The notes beneath the pieces are model-generated. The model ran no database searches. It had not been told where the DNA came from and worked only from the letters and a program-made list of their open reading frames with translations. A DNA stretch of 64,000 bases from an uncultured Acidimicrobiaceae bacterium (GTDB lineage Bacteria > Actinomycetota > Acidimicrobiia > Acidimicrobiales > Bog-793), in contig CAWGNK010000005.1 in the NCBI GenBank assembly GCA_963823945.1, forward strand, positions 22,452 to 86,451, given 5' to 3'. Each line of letters opens with the position of its first letter. Within the stretch, counting starts at the first letter, position 1. This document shows, piece after piece, positions 46,039 to 55,590 of the stretch. Made by a program: the position numbers and the translations under genes.

Positions 46039-47790
46039 GTGACGCTACAGGCGAGCTTCGCGGCGACGCTCGTCGACGAGTGGGCGCGCGCCGGCGTCAC
46101 CGACGCCGTCGTCGCCCCCGGTTCGCGTTCGTGCCCGCTGGCGGTCGCGCTCGTTTCCGACGGCCGCCTCCGAGTCCACGTCCGGCTGGACGAACGGTCG
46201 GCGGGATTCTTCGCCATCGGGCTCGCCGCCAGCTCGGCCCGTCCCGTCGTCGTCGTCGTGACGAGTGGCACGGCCGCCGTCGAGCTCCACCCGGCGGTCG
46301 TCGAGGCCGACCTCGCCAGGGTGCCGCTCGTCGTCTGCACGGCGGACCGCCCGCCCGAGGCCCGCGACGTCGGCGCGGCGCAGACGATCGACCAGCAGCA
46401 CCTCTACGGGCGCGCCGTCCGCTTCTTCGCCGATCCGGGGGTGCCCGACGACGGGTCCCGGTCGCACTGGCGCTCGTTCGCGAGCCGGCTCGTCGCCGAG
46501 GCGGTCGGCGGTCCCCGGGGTCCCGGCCCGGTGCACGCCAACCTGCCGCTGCGCGAGCCGCTCGGCGGCGCGCCCGGCGACCTCCCGCCCGGCCGTGAAG
46601 GCGGGCGCCCGTGGCACGACGTGGTCGCCAGCGGCGGTGCGCCCGGGGCGGGGATCGCTCGCCTCGCCGACGAGCTCGGCGTCGCCCGGCGCGGCGTGAT
46701 CGTCGCCGGTCGCGGGGCGGCCCAGGGGGACCCCGGCGGCGTCGCGGCGCTCGGGGCTGCCATTGGGTGGCCGGTGCTCGCCGACTCGCTCGCCTTCCCG
46801 CGCCAGCCCGCGCCGGGGATCGTGGCGGCGTGGGACGGCATCGTGCGGGCTCGGGCGGCGCTGGGTCCGTTGCGGCCCGAGGTTGTCCTGCGGGTCGGCG
46901 CGCCACCGGCGAGCCGCGCCCTCGGCGCCTGGCTGGCCGCGCTCGGCCCTACGGTGCGGCACGTCCTCGTCGATCCCCACGGGCGCTACCCGGATCCGGC
47001 CCGCACCGCCGACGTCGTCGTCTCGGCTTCCCCCGGCCAGCTGTGCCGGGCCGTGGCCGCCGAGGTGAACGGCCGGACCGGCGGGGCCGAGGGGTTCGGG
47101 GCGGCCTGGGTCGGGGCCGAGGCCGCGGCGCAGGCCGCCATCGACGCCGTGCTCGGTGGCTCGGCCGAGCTCGGCGAACCGGGGGTCGCGCGCCGGCTCT
47201 TTGCACACCTGCCCGGGGGCTCGACGCTCGTCGTGTCGTCCTCGATGCCGATCCGGGACGTCGACGCCTACGCGGCGCCCCGTCCCGGCGCACCGCGGGT
47301 GTTCGCCAACCGGGGGGCGAACGGGATCGACGGGGTCGTCTCGACCGTGCTCGGGGCGGCCACCGACCGCACCCGGGACGGGACCCGCACGTACGGGCTG
47401 CTCGGCGACCTCGCTTTCTTCCACGACCTGTCCGGCCTCGTGCGGGGGGTCCACGAGGACGTGGCCGAGGCGACGATCGTCGTCGTCGACAACGCCGGCG
47501 GCGGGATCTTCTCGTTCCTGCCCTATGCGGCCGGGCTCGGCGCGGATCTGTTCGAGCGGGCTTTCGCCACGCCGCAGGCACCGGACCTGGGGGCCGTCGC
47601 GGCGGCGCTCGGGTGCGGCGTCGCGCGCGCGTCGTCGCCGGCGGAGTTCGACGCCGCCCTCGGCGCGGCCGACGCCGCCGGGGGCGTCAGCGTCGTGGTG
47701 GTGCGGACCGAGCGCGCCGCCAACCTGGCCGTGCACGCCGCCCTCGAGGCGGCGGTCGCGGCGGCGGTCGACGCGCTTCGTCCCGGCTAG
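46039..47790 (+). CDS. menD: SEPHCHC synthase (2-succinyl-5-enolpyruvyl-6-hydroxy-3-cyclohexene-1-carboxylate synthase)
   Basis: ThDP enzyme with N-terminus ..FAATLVDEWARAGV.DAVVAPGSRS.PLA.AL and the GDL.F.HD ThDP motif. Start at GTG 46039. Confidence 0.88.
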   Translation: MTLQASFAATLVDEWARAGVTDAVVAPGSRSCPLAVALVSDGRLRVHVRLDERSAGFFAIGLAASSARPVVVVVTSGTAAVELHPAVVEADLARVPLVVCTADRPPEARDVGAAQTIDQQHLYGRAVRFFADPGVPDDGSRSHWRSFASRLVAEAVGGPRGPGPVHANLPLREPLGGAPGDLPPGREGGRPWHDVVASGGAPGAGIARLADELGVARRGVIVAGRGAAQGDPGGVAALGAAIGWPVLADSLAFPRQPAPGIVAAWDGIVRARAALGPLRPEVVLRVGAPPASRALGAWLAALGPTVRHVLVDPHGRYPDPARTADVVVSASPGQLCRAVAAEVNGRTGGAEGFGAAWVGAEAAAQAAIDAVLGGSAELGEPGVARRLFAHLPGGSTLVVSSSMPIRDVDAYAAPRPGAPRVFANRGANGIDGVVSTVLGAATDRTRDGTRTYGLLGDLAFFHDLSGLVRGVHEDVAEATIVVVDNAGGGIFSFLPYAAGLGADLFERAFATPQAPDLGAVAAALGCGVARASSPAEFDAALGAADAAGGVSVVVVRTERAANLAVHAALEAAVAAAVDALRPG

Positions 47791-48518
47791 CGGGGGAAGC
47801 GCCGCGCGTCGCCGGCGGCGTAGCGGGCGGCGACGGAGTTCGTCGCCACGGTGCTCTCGACCGCCGCCACGAGCGCCTCGAGGTCGGCCGCCGGCAGCGC
47901 GCAGGTCATCTCCTCGGGCGGCATGCCGGTGCGCACCCGCGAGAGGGCGCAGCCGACGCTCGCCGACGGGAGGCGCTGCTCCTTGGCGAGGGCGACGATG
48001 TGGCACTGCGGCTTGCCGCCGATCTGCAGGCCGGGGATCGCGTCGGAGAGCACCATCATCTGGTGGGCGGTCACCCGCAGCAGCACGACGTCGGGGCGGA
48101 CCCCGGGCGGGGTCTCGGCGAGCGGTCCGTAGGTGACGGCCCCGGGACGGCCGGCGACGGAGGGCAGCGCGGCGGCGTCACGGGCGGTCATCCATCCCGA
48201 GCCCAACAGCTCGGCGGCGTCGTCGTTCGCCGCGACCTCCTCGAGAGTCGCCAGCCCGTGGGTCACGCGTCCGACGCTGCAGTTGCCGTGGTCCTCCGGG
48301 ACCGTCGAGAAAGTGCTGGTGGCGCCCCGCATCCAGAACACGCAGCCGGCCGCGACGCGCCCGTGCCGGCCGTCGGGCGCGGGCGCGGACATCGGTTCGG
48401 CGAAACGGGGGACGCCGGCGGGGGGCGAGGCCGAGAACGTGATGGCGACCGGCGCCGCCGCGAGGTGCAGGGCGCCCGTGAGCCGTTCGGCGAGCGCCGT
48501 CCAATCCGGTGGAGTCAT
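47787..48518 (-). CDS. DUF169 family protein
   Basis: 243 aa. The pattern ..AAGCVFW......F.T...DH.NC.VG..THG... is typical of DUF169. Confidence 0.65.
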   Translation of the reverse strand: MTPPDWTALAERLTGALHLAAAPVAITFSASPPAGVPRFAEPMSAPAPDGRHGRVAAGCVFWMRGATSTFSTVPEDHGNCSVGRVTHGLATLEEVAANDDAAELLGSGWMTARDAAALPSVAGRPGAVTYGPLAETPPGVRPDVVLLRVTAHQMMVLSDAIPGLQIGGKPQCHIVALAKEQRLPSASVGCALSRVRTGMPPEEMTCALPAADLEALVAAVESTVATNSVAARYAAGDARRFPR

Positions 48519-48601
48519 CCGGCGTTTCTAGCCCACTCCCGGCGGGCGCGCACAACGGTGCGGTCGGCCGCAGACCGCGGCGCCTGTGGCAGGCTGAAGG
48601 C

Positions 48602-49882
48602 ATGCCGAGCTGTTCGGAGGATTTCGCCTTCCGCGGGCTCATCCACCAGGTGAGCGATCCGACGCTGCCCGCCCGGCTCGACGCCGGGGGTGAGACCGTC
48701 TACGTCGGCTTCGACCCGACGGCCGCCAGCCTGCACATGGGCAACCTCCTGCAGCTGTGCAGCCTGCGCCGGCTGCAGCTCGCCGGCCACCGGCCGATCG
48801 CCCTCGCCGGGAGCGGGACGGGCCTCGTCGGTGACCCCGGCGGCAAGACCGAGGAGCGGCCGCTCATCTCCCGGGCCGAACTCGACGCCAACCTCGAGGG
48901 CATCCGCCCGCAGCTCGCCCGCTTCCTCGACTTCTCGCCGGGATCGGCGTGCGCCGCCGTCGTCGTCGACAACGGCGACTGGCTCTGCGAGCTGTCGTTC
49001 GTCGACTTCCTGCGGGACGTCGGCCGGCACTTCACCGTGAACCAGATGGTGGCGAAGGAGTCGGTCAGGGCGCGATTCGAACGCCCGGACCAGGGCATCT
49101 CGTTCACCGAGTTCAGCTACATGCTGATGCAGGCCTACGACTTCCTCCACCTGTTCGACGCCTTCGGCTGCCGGGTCCAGATGGGGGCGAGCGACCAGTG
49201 GGGGAACATCACGATGGGCGTCGAGCTCATCCGCAAGGTGCGCGGCGAGACGGCCTACGCGCTCACGTCGCCGCTCGTCACGAAACCCGACGGGACGAAG
49301 TTCGGCAAGACCGAGGCGGGGGCGCTGTACCTCGACGCCGCCAAGACGAGCCCGTACGCGCTCTACCAGTACTTCATCCAGGTCGAGGACTCCGTCGTCG
49401 GGGCCTACCTGCGGTACTTCACGTTCCTTTCCCACGACGAGATCGGCGCCCTCGACGAGGCGACGGCGCAGCGTCCCCGGTCGCGGGAGGCCCAGCGGAG
49501 CCTCGCCCGCGCCGTGTGCAGCCTGGTCCACGGGGAGACGGAGACGGCTCGCGCCGAGCGTGCCGCCGGGGCGCTGTTCTCGGAGGAGGTGGCCGCGCTC
49601 GACGAGGCGACGCTCCTCGAGGTGTTCGCCGACGCGCCGTCCTCGGCGATGGCGCGCGCCGCCCTCGACGGCGCCGGTCTGGACCTGGTCGAGGCGCTGG
49701 CGGCGTCCGGCCTCGTCACCTCGAAAAGCTCGGCGCGCACGGCGCTGGGCCAGGGCGGCGCCTACGTCAACAACCGCCGTGTCGGCCCCGACGCGCGCCT
49801 CACGACCGCCGACCTGATCGCCGGGCGCTACGTGGTGCTGCGCCGCGGGCGGCGCCACCACCACCTGCTGCGCTTCGGGTGA
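48602..49882 (+). CDS. tyrS: Tyrosine--tRNA ligase
   Basis: YVGFDPTAASLHMGNL (HIGH-type), KFGKTE (KMSKS-type) and a C-terminal S4 domain. ATG at 48602. Confidence 0.93.
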   Translation: MPSCSEDFAFRGLIHQVSDPTLPARLDAGGETVYVGFDPTAASLHMGNLLQLCSLRRLQLAGHRPIALAGSGTGLVGDPGGKTEERPLISRAELDANLEGIRPQLARFLDFSPGSACAAVVVDNGDWLCELSFVDFLRDVGRHFTVNQMVAKESVRARFERPDQGISFTEFSYMLMQAYDFLHLFDAFGCRVQMGASDQWGNITMGVELIRKVRGETAYALTSPLVTKPDGTKFGKTEAGALYLDAAKTSPYALYQYFIQVEDSVVGAYLRYFTFLSHDEIGALDEATAQRPRSREAQRSLARAVCSLVHGETETARAERAAGALFSEEVAALDEATLLEVFADAPSSAMARAALDGAGLDLVEALAASGLVTSKSSARTALGQGGAYVNNRRVGPDARLTTADLIAGRYVVLRRGRRHHHLLRFG

Positions 49883-49888
49883 GTCCCC

Positions 49889-51529
49889 TCAGCCGACCGA
49901 CCCGAGCGCCTGCTCGGCGAGGGCGAGTGGCAGGCACCCCGTCGCGGCCAGCGCGTCGTGGAAGGCGTGCAGGTCCCCGCGCCCCTCGGCGAGGTACTCG
50001 GCGCGGATCCGCTCGATCTCGAGGCTGCCGGTGAGGTACGAGGGCGCCTGGGTCGGCCAGGCGCAGTAGCGGCTCACCTCGGCCCGGGCGACCGGTTCGG
50101 GCAGCCCGGCGTTCGTCTGCATGAAGGCGACGGCCTCCTCGACGCCGAGGTCGCCGATGTGCAGCCCGGTGTCGACGACGATGCGGGCGGCGCGGAAGAT
50201 CCGGGCGTTCAGCTGCCCGAGCTCGGCGCGAGGGTCGGCGAAGTAGCCCTGCTCGCGCATCATCTGCTCGGCGTAGAGCGCCCAGCCCTCCGAGAAGTAC
50301 GAGGAGTGGACGAAGTGGCGGACCCGCCTTCTCGTCGCTTTCATCCAGGTGAGGTGCCAGTGGTGGCCGGGGTAGGCCTCGTGGACGGTGATCGTGGGGA
50401 TGACGTGGTGGTTGTTGGCCGCGAGGCGGCCGGCGTTGTCGGCGGGTGACGTCCCCGCCGGCGGCCACGGCACGTTGAAGTGCCCGACCCGCCCCGGCAG
50501 GAACGCCGGCGGGGAGATGTACGAGGCGACGGCGATGATCGGGCGCATGAACGGCGGCGTGGGCTCGACCCGGCACTCCTCGCCGTCGGGGAAGCTGACG
50601 AGGGCTCTCGCCTCGAGGAAGGCGCGGGCTCGGGCCGCCTCGGCCTCGTAGCGGCCGCGCATCTCCTCGAAGCTCGCCGGGCGGTCCTCGCTCATCGCGG
50701 CGAAGACCGGTCGCCAGGTCGGCGCCTGGGGGTCGATCTGCCGGGCGAGACCGTTCATCTCCGACTCGAGCTCGGCGAGCACGCCCCGGCCGCGCTGGCG
50801 CAGCTCCGCCGCGCCGTAGCCGAGGAGCTCGCGCCGGCGCAGCAGGTTCGAGTACCGCTCTTCACCGAGCGCGAAGTCCCCTGCCGCCGAGGCGGCGAGC
50901 TCGGTGAGGAACTCGAGGAAGCCCCGGAACGACTCTGCCGCGATCCCTGCGGCCGCACCGACGGCGGCGCGGTCGGCGGGGTCGGCGAACTCCGCCGGCA
51001 GCATCTCGGTGAAGTACCCGATCGCCGCCTCGCACTGGCCGATGGCACGCCCGACGATCAGGGGACTGGCGAGCTCGGCCGAGAGGTTCGCCCGCCCGGC
51101 TTCGAGCGCACCGGCCATCGCGCGCAGGCGGCTGGTCGTGTGGCGGGCGAGCTCGGCTTCGGGGAAGGAGCGGTGGATCACGAGGCTGAGGATCCCGTCG
51201 AAGCACGGGTCGAGGTACACCGACGGGTCCCGTTGCCAGGCGCGCCAGGATTCGAGGACCTGGCGCCCGCCGATCTCGGCGATGAGGGCGGCACGGTCGA
51301 CTACCTGGTCCGGCCCGAGCGAGGCGGCGTCGACGGCGCGCAGCCGTGCGAGCCACGCCGCGTCGTCACGGACCCTGCGGGCGAAGCCTGCGGCGCTGAG
51401 ATCGTCGATCTCGCCGTGTTCGCCCCGGGCGCCCAGCGCGGTCGCCGTCACCGGTGACACGGCGAACTCGTGGGCGAGCCATTCGTCGAGAACTTCGTCG
51501 AAGGATTCGTCGGGTCCGGACAGGGTCAT
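49889..51529 (-). CDS. DUF885 family protein
   Basis: 546 aa. HEAYPGHHWHL motif and overall DUF885-like layout. Confidence 0.75.
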   Translation of the reverse strand: MTLSGPDESFDEVLDEWLAHEFAVSPVTATALGARGEHGEIDDLSAAGFARRVRDDAAWLARLRAVDAASLGPDQVVDRAALIAEIGGRQVLESWRAWQRDPSVYLDPCFDGILSLVIHRSFPEAELARHTTSRLRAMAGALEAGRANLSAELASPLIVGRAIGQCEAAIGYFTEMLPAEFADPADRAAVGAAAGIAAESFRGFLEFLTELAASAAGDFALGEERYSNLLRRRELLGYGAAELRQRGRGVLAELESEMNGLARQIDPQAPTWRPVFAAMSEDRPASFEEMRGRYEAEAARARAFLEARALVSFPDGEECRVEPTPPFMRPIIAVASYISPPAFLPGRVGHFNVPWPPAGTSPADNAGRLAANNHHVIPTITVHEAYPGHHWHLTWMKATRRRVRHFVHSSYFSEGWALYAEQMMREQGYFADPRAELGQLNARIFRAARIVVDTGLHIGDLGVEEAVAFMQTNAGLPEPVARAEVSRYCAWPTQAPSYLTGSLEIERIRAEYLAEGRGDLHAFHDALAATGCLPLALAEQALGSVG

Positions 51530-51600
51530 GGCGCGAACCTAGACGTTCGGTCCCCTCCCGTGGACGGGTGGGTGGGGCCGTCGCGTATAGGGTCAGTTTC

Positions 51601-52146
51601 GTGGTTGATTCCCCGAATCCCGACGGGTCCGCCGCCGACGGGTCCGCCCCCGACGACTTCGACCGGATCCGGCGGCGCGTGCTGTGGCGGATGCCGACGG
51701 GCCTGTACCTCGTCGGGTCGGCCGCCGGCGGCGAGCGCAACCTGATGACGGCCAACCTCGTCATGCAGCTCTGCATCGACCCGAAGCTCGTTGGCGTCGT
51801 CGTCGAGGCGGCGGCCCGCACCCACACGCTGATCACGGAGGGGGGGTGCTTCGCCGTCTCGCTCATCGCCCGTGACGACCGGGCGATCGTGCGCCGGTTC
51901 GTGCGGCCCGCCCGCGACGATCCCGCCGCCCACACGCTGAACGGCGTCGCCTACCTCGACGCCCCGGTGACCGGGGCGCCGGTTCTGGCCCAGGCGGTGG
52001 CCTACGTCGAGTGCCGTCTCGAGCGCAGCGTCGCCCTCGGCTCGCACACCTTGTTCGTCGGCGAGGTGGTCGGTGCCGCCTTCGGCGCCGATCCCGACGC
52101 CGAGCTGCTGCGCGTCGAGGACACCCGCATGAGCTACGGCGGTTGA
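51601..52146 (+). CDS. Flavin reductase-like FMN-binding domain protein
   Basis: ..R.VL...PTGLYLVGS...GERNLMTANLVMQ....PKLVGV.V......H.LI...G.FAVSL. The start (GTG 51601) is uncertain. Confidence 0.7.
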   Translation: MVDSPNPDGSAADGSAPDDFDRIRRRVLWRMPTGLYLVGSAAGGERNLMTANLVMQLCIDPKLVGVVVEAAARTHTLITEGGCFAVSLIARDDRAIVRRFVRPARDDPAAHTLNGVAYLDAPVTGAPVLAQAVAYVECRLERSVALGSHTLFVGEVVGAAFGADPDAELLRVEDTRMSYGG

Positions 52147-52151
52147 GGGGC

Positions 52152-53360
52152 GTGGCCACGACCCACCGGGCCACGCCGCGCCCGCGCCGGGCGGAGCGGG
52201 TCGAGTTCCGCCGCGTCGCCGACGCCGCGGCGCTGCGATCACTGCTCGACGAGCTGCGGGGTGTCGAGGCCTACGCGCTCGACACCGAGTTCCACCGGGA
52301 GCGGACCTACTTCGCCCGTCTCGCGCTCTTGCAGGTCGCCTGGCCGGGGGGGATCGCGCTCGTCGACCCGCTCGCCGTCGACGTCGCGCCCTTCGCCGAG
52401 GTGCTCTCGGGTCCGGCGCTCGCCGTCATCCACGCCGCCGAACAGGACCTCGAGGTCCTCGAACGGGCGTGCGGCACGACGCCGGGGCGGCTTTTCGACA
52501 CGCAGCTCGCGGCGGGGTTCCTCGGCATGTCGACACCCTCGCTCGCTGCCCTCGCCGAGCACCTTTTGCACCTGCGCCTCGAGAAGGGCGACCAGCTCAC
52601 CGACTGGACGCGCCGGCCGCTCAGCGACGAGCAGTGCCAGTACGCGGCGCACGACGTCGCCCACCTGCTCGAGCTCCACCGGCTGATCGTCGAGCGCCTC
52701 GTCGCGACGGGGCGCGGGGCGTGGGCCGAGGAGGAGTGCGCCGCCCTGCTCGCCCGCGCGCGCCTGCCGGTCGTCCCGGAAGAGGCCTGGTGGAGGCTGC
52801 GCCGGGCGCGCCAGCTGCGTGGCGCCGAACGGGGCGTCGCGCAGTCGGTCGCGGCGTGGCGGGAGCGGCGGGCGCAGGCGCTCGACCGCCCTGTCCGCTT
52901 CATCCTCTCGGACCTCGCGCTGGCGGCGATCGCCCACCGGCCGCCGAGGGACCGGGACGACCTCGCCCACGTGCGCAACCTCGACCTGCACAGCCTGGGA
53001 GATCAGGTGGTCGGCGAGCTGCTCGCCGTCGCCGCCGAGGGGACGAAGCTCCCCCCGGAGGCGATCCACCTGCCGCCGGGTCCCCAGGGGGAGGCCGTCG
53101 GCAAGCCGGCCGTCGCCCTCGCGCTCGCCTTCGCGGGCGAGCTCGCCCGCCACCTGGACATCGACCCGTCGCTGCTGGCGACCCGGGCCGACGTCGTCGG
53201 GTTCCTCCAGCAGCCGGCGGAGGGCCGCCTCACGACCTCCTGGCGCCACGGGATCGTCGGCGAGCCGCTCATCCGCCTCGTCACGGGGCAGGCGGCGCTC
53301 GCGCTCGAGGACGGCTCGCTCATCCTCGAGGAGCGCTCGCACCACCGCATCCCCGGCTAG
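52152..53360 (+). CDS. rnd: Ribonuclease D (3'-5' exonuclease + HRDC)
   Basis: DEDD motifs YALDTEF, HAAEQDLEVL and YAAHDVAHLL, followed by an HRDC-like region. Start at GTG 52152. Confidence 0.85.
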   Translation: MATTHRATPRPRRAERVEFRRVADAAALRSLLDELRGVEAYALDTEFHRERTYFARLALLQVAWPGGIALVDPLAVDVAPFAEVLSGPALAVIHAAEQDLEVLERACGTTPGRLFDTQLAAGFLGMSTPSLAALAEHLLHLRLEKGDQLTDWTRRPLSDEQCQYAAHDVAHLLELHRLIVERLVATGRGAWAEEECAALLARARLPVVPEEAWWRLRRARQLRGAERGVAQSVAAWRERRAQALDRPVRFILSDLALAAIAHRPPRDRDDLAHVRNLDLHSLGDQVVGELLAVAAEGTKLPPEAIHLPPGPQGEAVGKPAVALALAFAGELARHLDIDPSLLATRADVVGFLQQPAEGRLTTSWRHGIVGEPLIRLVTGQAALALEDGSLILEERSHHRIPG

Positions 53361-54160
53361 CCGACCCCCGGATCGGGCGTCGCGGCTGCGGGGCGTCGCC
53401 GCGAGGTGTGGACCTGGTCGCCGATCCGGCGGAAGCCGACCCGCGCGTAGCTCCGCAGCGCGGTCGCGCTCCCCGGGGTCAAAAAGACGAGCTCGGCGCC
53501 GGCCGCGAACGCGGAGCTCGCCAGCGACCAGGTGAGCGAGGAGGCGAGACCGTGGCCACGCCGGGCCTTTTCGACGCCGATCCCGGTGATCTCGGCGAAG
53601 CCGCCCCGCGGCCCCGAGCAGCACCCCGCGCCGACGACGCGGCCGGAGGCCGCTTCGAACGCCGCCGCGACGGCACCGCCGTTGGCGAGCACGCGCTGCA
53701 GCAGGGCGGCCTCGTCGGTCCCGGCCGGGACGGCCTCCCCGAAGGCGGCGCGCTGCACCCGGGCCGCGGCGTCGAGCTCGTAGGCCGTGGCGGGCGGGCG
53801 GACCGTGAACCCGCTGGGGGTGTCGGGCGGCCGCAGGTCGTCGCGGCCGGCGCCCATCAGCGTGAGGACCGCCTCGGTGACGAAGCCCGCCTGCGCGAGG
53901 GCGCCGCCAAGGGCGGGGCACAGGGCCGGGAAGTACTCGGCGCGCGGGACCCGGTTGTGGCGGTCGAACGCCGCGGCGAGCATCGCGACCTCGTCGGGCG
54001 TCGGCTCGGCGTCGTCGTCGGGGATGGCGTAATTGAGGTACGGATTGGCGTCATCGTCGGTGAATGTCGCCAGGAACGGGCCGACCACCTCGACGGTCCG
54101 GCCCGCCGACGCCGTCGACCGGACGTGGGCGGCGAGCCGTACGAGGTCGGCGCGCTGCAC
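53357..54160 (-). CDS. GNAT family N-acetyltransferase
   Basis: An acetyl-CoA-binding-type segment (GIGV....RGHGLASSL) in the C-terminal half. 267 aa. Confidence 0.75.
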   Translation of the reverse strand: MQRADLVRLAAHVRSTASAGRTVEVVGPFLATFTDDDANPYLNYAIPDDDAEPTPDEVAMLAAAFDRHNRVPRAEYFPALCPALGGALAQAGFVTEAVLTLMGAGRDDLRPPDTPSGFTVRPPATAYELDAAARVQRAAFGEAVPAGTDEAALLQRVLANGGAVAAAFEAASGRVVGAGCCSGPRGGFAEITGIGVEKARRGHGLASSLTWSLASSAFAAGAELVFLTPGSATALRSYARVGFRRIGDQVHTSRRRPAAATPDPGVG

Positions 54161-54440
54161 CGGTTCCGAAGCCGCCCGACGCCCGGTTACGCGGGCTGGT
54201 CGTCGGGGGCGCGGCGGCCGGGGCCGCGGGGCGCAGGTCGATCGTCAGCGTGAGGATCCCCTCGGCGAGTTCCGCTTCGGCGTCGCCGACGATCGCGAAG
54301 TCCATGTAGTCGAGCTCCATCTGCTCGATGATGCGCCGGCGTTCCGGCCCCTCGACGGGCGGCATCCCGCGCTGCCGGACCGCGGCGGCGCGTTCCCGGA
54401 AGCGCGCGGTCATCGCCGCGGGGTCGAAGCCGTCAGGCAC
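54051..54440 (-). CDS. Hypothetical small protein
   Basis: The first ~80 codons look protein-like (MPDGFDPAAMTARFRERAAAVRQRGMPP..IIEQMELDYMDFAIVGDAEAEL..). The tail overlaps the GNAT gene by 110 nt and is Arg/Pro-rich. Confidence 0.45.
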   Translation of the reverse strand: MPDGFDPAAMTARFRERAAAVRQRGMPPVEGPERRRIIEQMELDYMDFAIVGDAEAELAEGILTLTIDLRPAAPAAAPPTTSPRNRASGGFGTGAARRPRTARRPRPVDGVGGPDRRGGRPVPGDIHRR

Positions 54441-54679
54441 GCCGTCAGGCTACCGGGGCCCGCGAATCGTTGGTGACGCCGCGCCCTGTCGTGCGCCGCC
54501 GGCTCCTGGCCGCACCGCTCGGCCCCGCCTGCCGTGGCGGATGGGCCACGGAGTAGCAGGTCGGGCGGTATGCTGACCCCGACAGCCGGGACTCGGTGCG
54601 AGTCCCGTCGTGGTCTCGCCAGCAGGGCGTCCCCGGGTGGCCGTGGGCGACGCGTCCTCCTGCAAGCAGGGAGCGGCTC

Positions 54680-54850
54680 GTGAAAAAGGGACGGCACCGG
54701 CGCTTCGAAGAGGCGCGCAGTCTGAAGCGGGCGGTCGAGGTCGTGGTGGAACCCTGCCCCGAGTGCGGCGCGCGTCCCGAGGAGGACCACGCCAGCTGGT
54801 GTCTTTACGATCCCGACGAGCTCGAGGAAGACGCCGAGGACCTGACCTGA
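54680..54850 (+). CDS. Small basic/acidic protein with CPEC...H..WC putative metal site
   Basis: The GTG at 54680 has GGGAG upstream. 56 aa: VKKGRHRRFEEARSLKR..CPECGARPEEDHASWCLYDPDELEEDAEDLT. Confidence 0.5.
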   Translation: MKKGRHRRFEEARSLKRAVEVVVEPCPECGARPEEDHASWCLYDPDELEEDAEDLT

Positions 54851-55581
54851 CCTTTCGCCCGCCGCACGACGGGGTGCGGCAGGGGCTGGCGGTGGGCGGC
54901 GCGGCTGTCGAGGTAGCCGACGATCATCTTGTAGACCTCCGGGCCGACGAGCGCGCCGAGTTCGTCGGCGAGGCTCAGGTAGACGGGCTCGGCGGCCACG
55001 AAGGCCTCGGGGGCCTCCGTGCACCACCAGTGGAACTCGTCGCCGGCCGGTCCCCAGTGGCGGCGCTCCCACTGCGTGACCGTCGAGGTGACGTGCCCGC
55101 CCTCGTCGGTCGTGTCCTCCCGGCGCACCGGGAGCTGCCAGCAGACGTCGGGCTTGTACAGGCGCGGCGGCACCCCCGCCTCGAGGGCGGCGCGGTGGAG
55201 GGCGCACCCGGGGCCCCCGGGGAAGCCCGGCCGGTTGAGGAAGATGCACGCCCCGTCGACGAGCCGCGTCGTCAGGTCCTCGCCCTGTTTCTTCACGACG
55301 CCGACGCGCCGCGCCCGGCCGAGGTGCTGGAACTGGTCGGGGGTGAGCCGCGCCGCGGCGGCCTGCACGCGCCGGGCGTCTTTCTTGTCCGAGAGGTGGG
55401 CGCCGTAGCTGCAGCAGCCCTCGACGAGCTCGGCCGCCGGCCCCGTGAGGACGCCCTGGCAGCCCTCGAAGTAGATGCATTTCCACGCGCTCGCCAGGAA
55501 GGTCACGTCGACCACCCAGGTGCGGTCCTCGTCCGGGTCGCCGAAGCTCACCCACTCGTGCGCGTCGGCGGGGATGGACAC
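54805..55581 (-). CDS. Cys-rich hypothetical protein (possibly YkgJ/UPF0153-like metal-binding)
   Basis: 258 aa starting 10 nt after the radical SAM stop. Cys motifs W.C.YFEGCQG, EGCCSYGAH, DGACIFLNRPGFPGGPGCALH and CWQLP. Confidence 0.6.
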   Translation of the reverse strand: MSIPADAHEWVSFGDPDEDRTWVVDVTFLASAWKCIYFEGCQGVLTGPAAELVEGCCSYGAHLSDKKDARRVQAAAARLTPDQFQHLGRARRVGVVKKQGEDLTTRLVDGACIFLNRPGFPGGPGCALHRAALEAGVPPRLYKPDVCWQLPVRREDTTDEGGHVTSTVTQWERRHWGPAGDEFHWWCTEAPEAFVAAEPVYLSLADELGALVGPEVYKMIVGYLDSRAAHRQPLPHPVVRRAKGQVRSSASSSSSSGS

Positions 55582-55590
55582 GGGCCGAGG

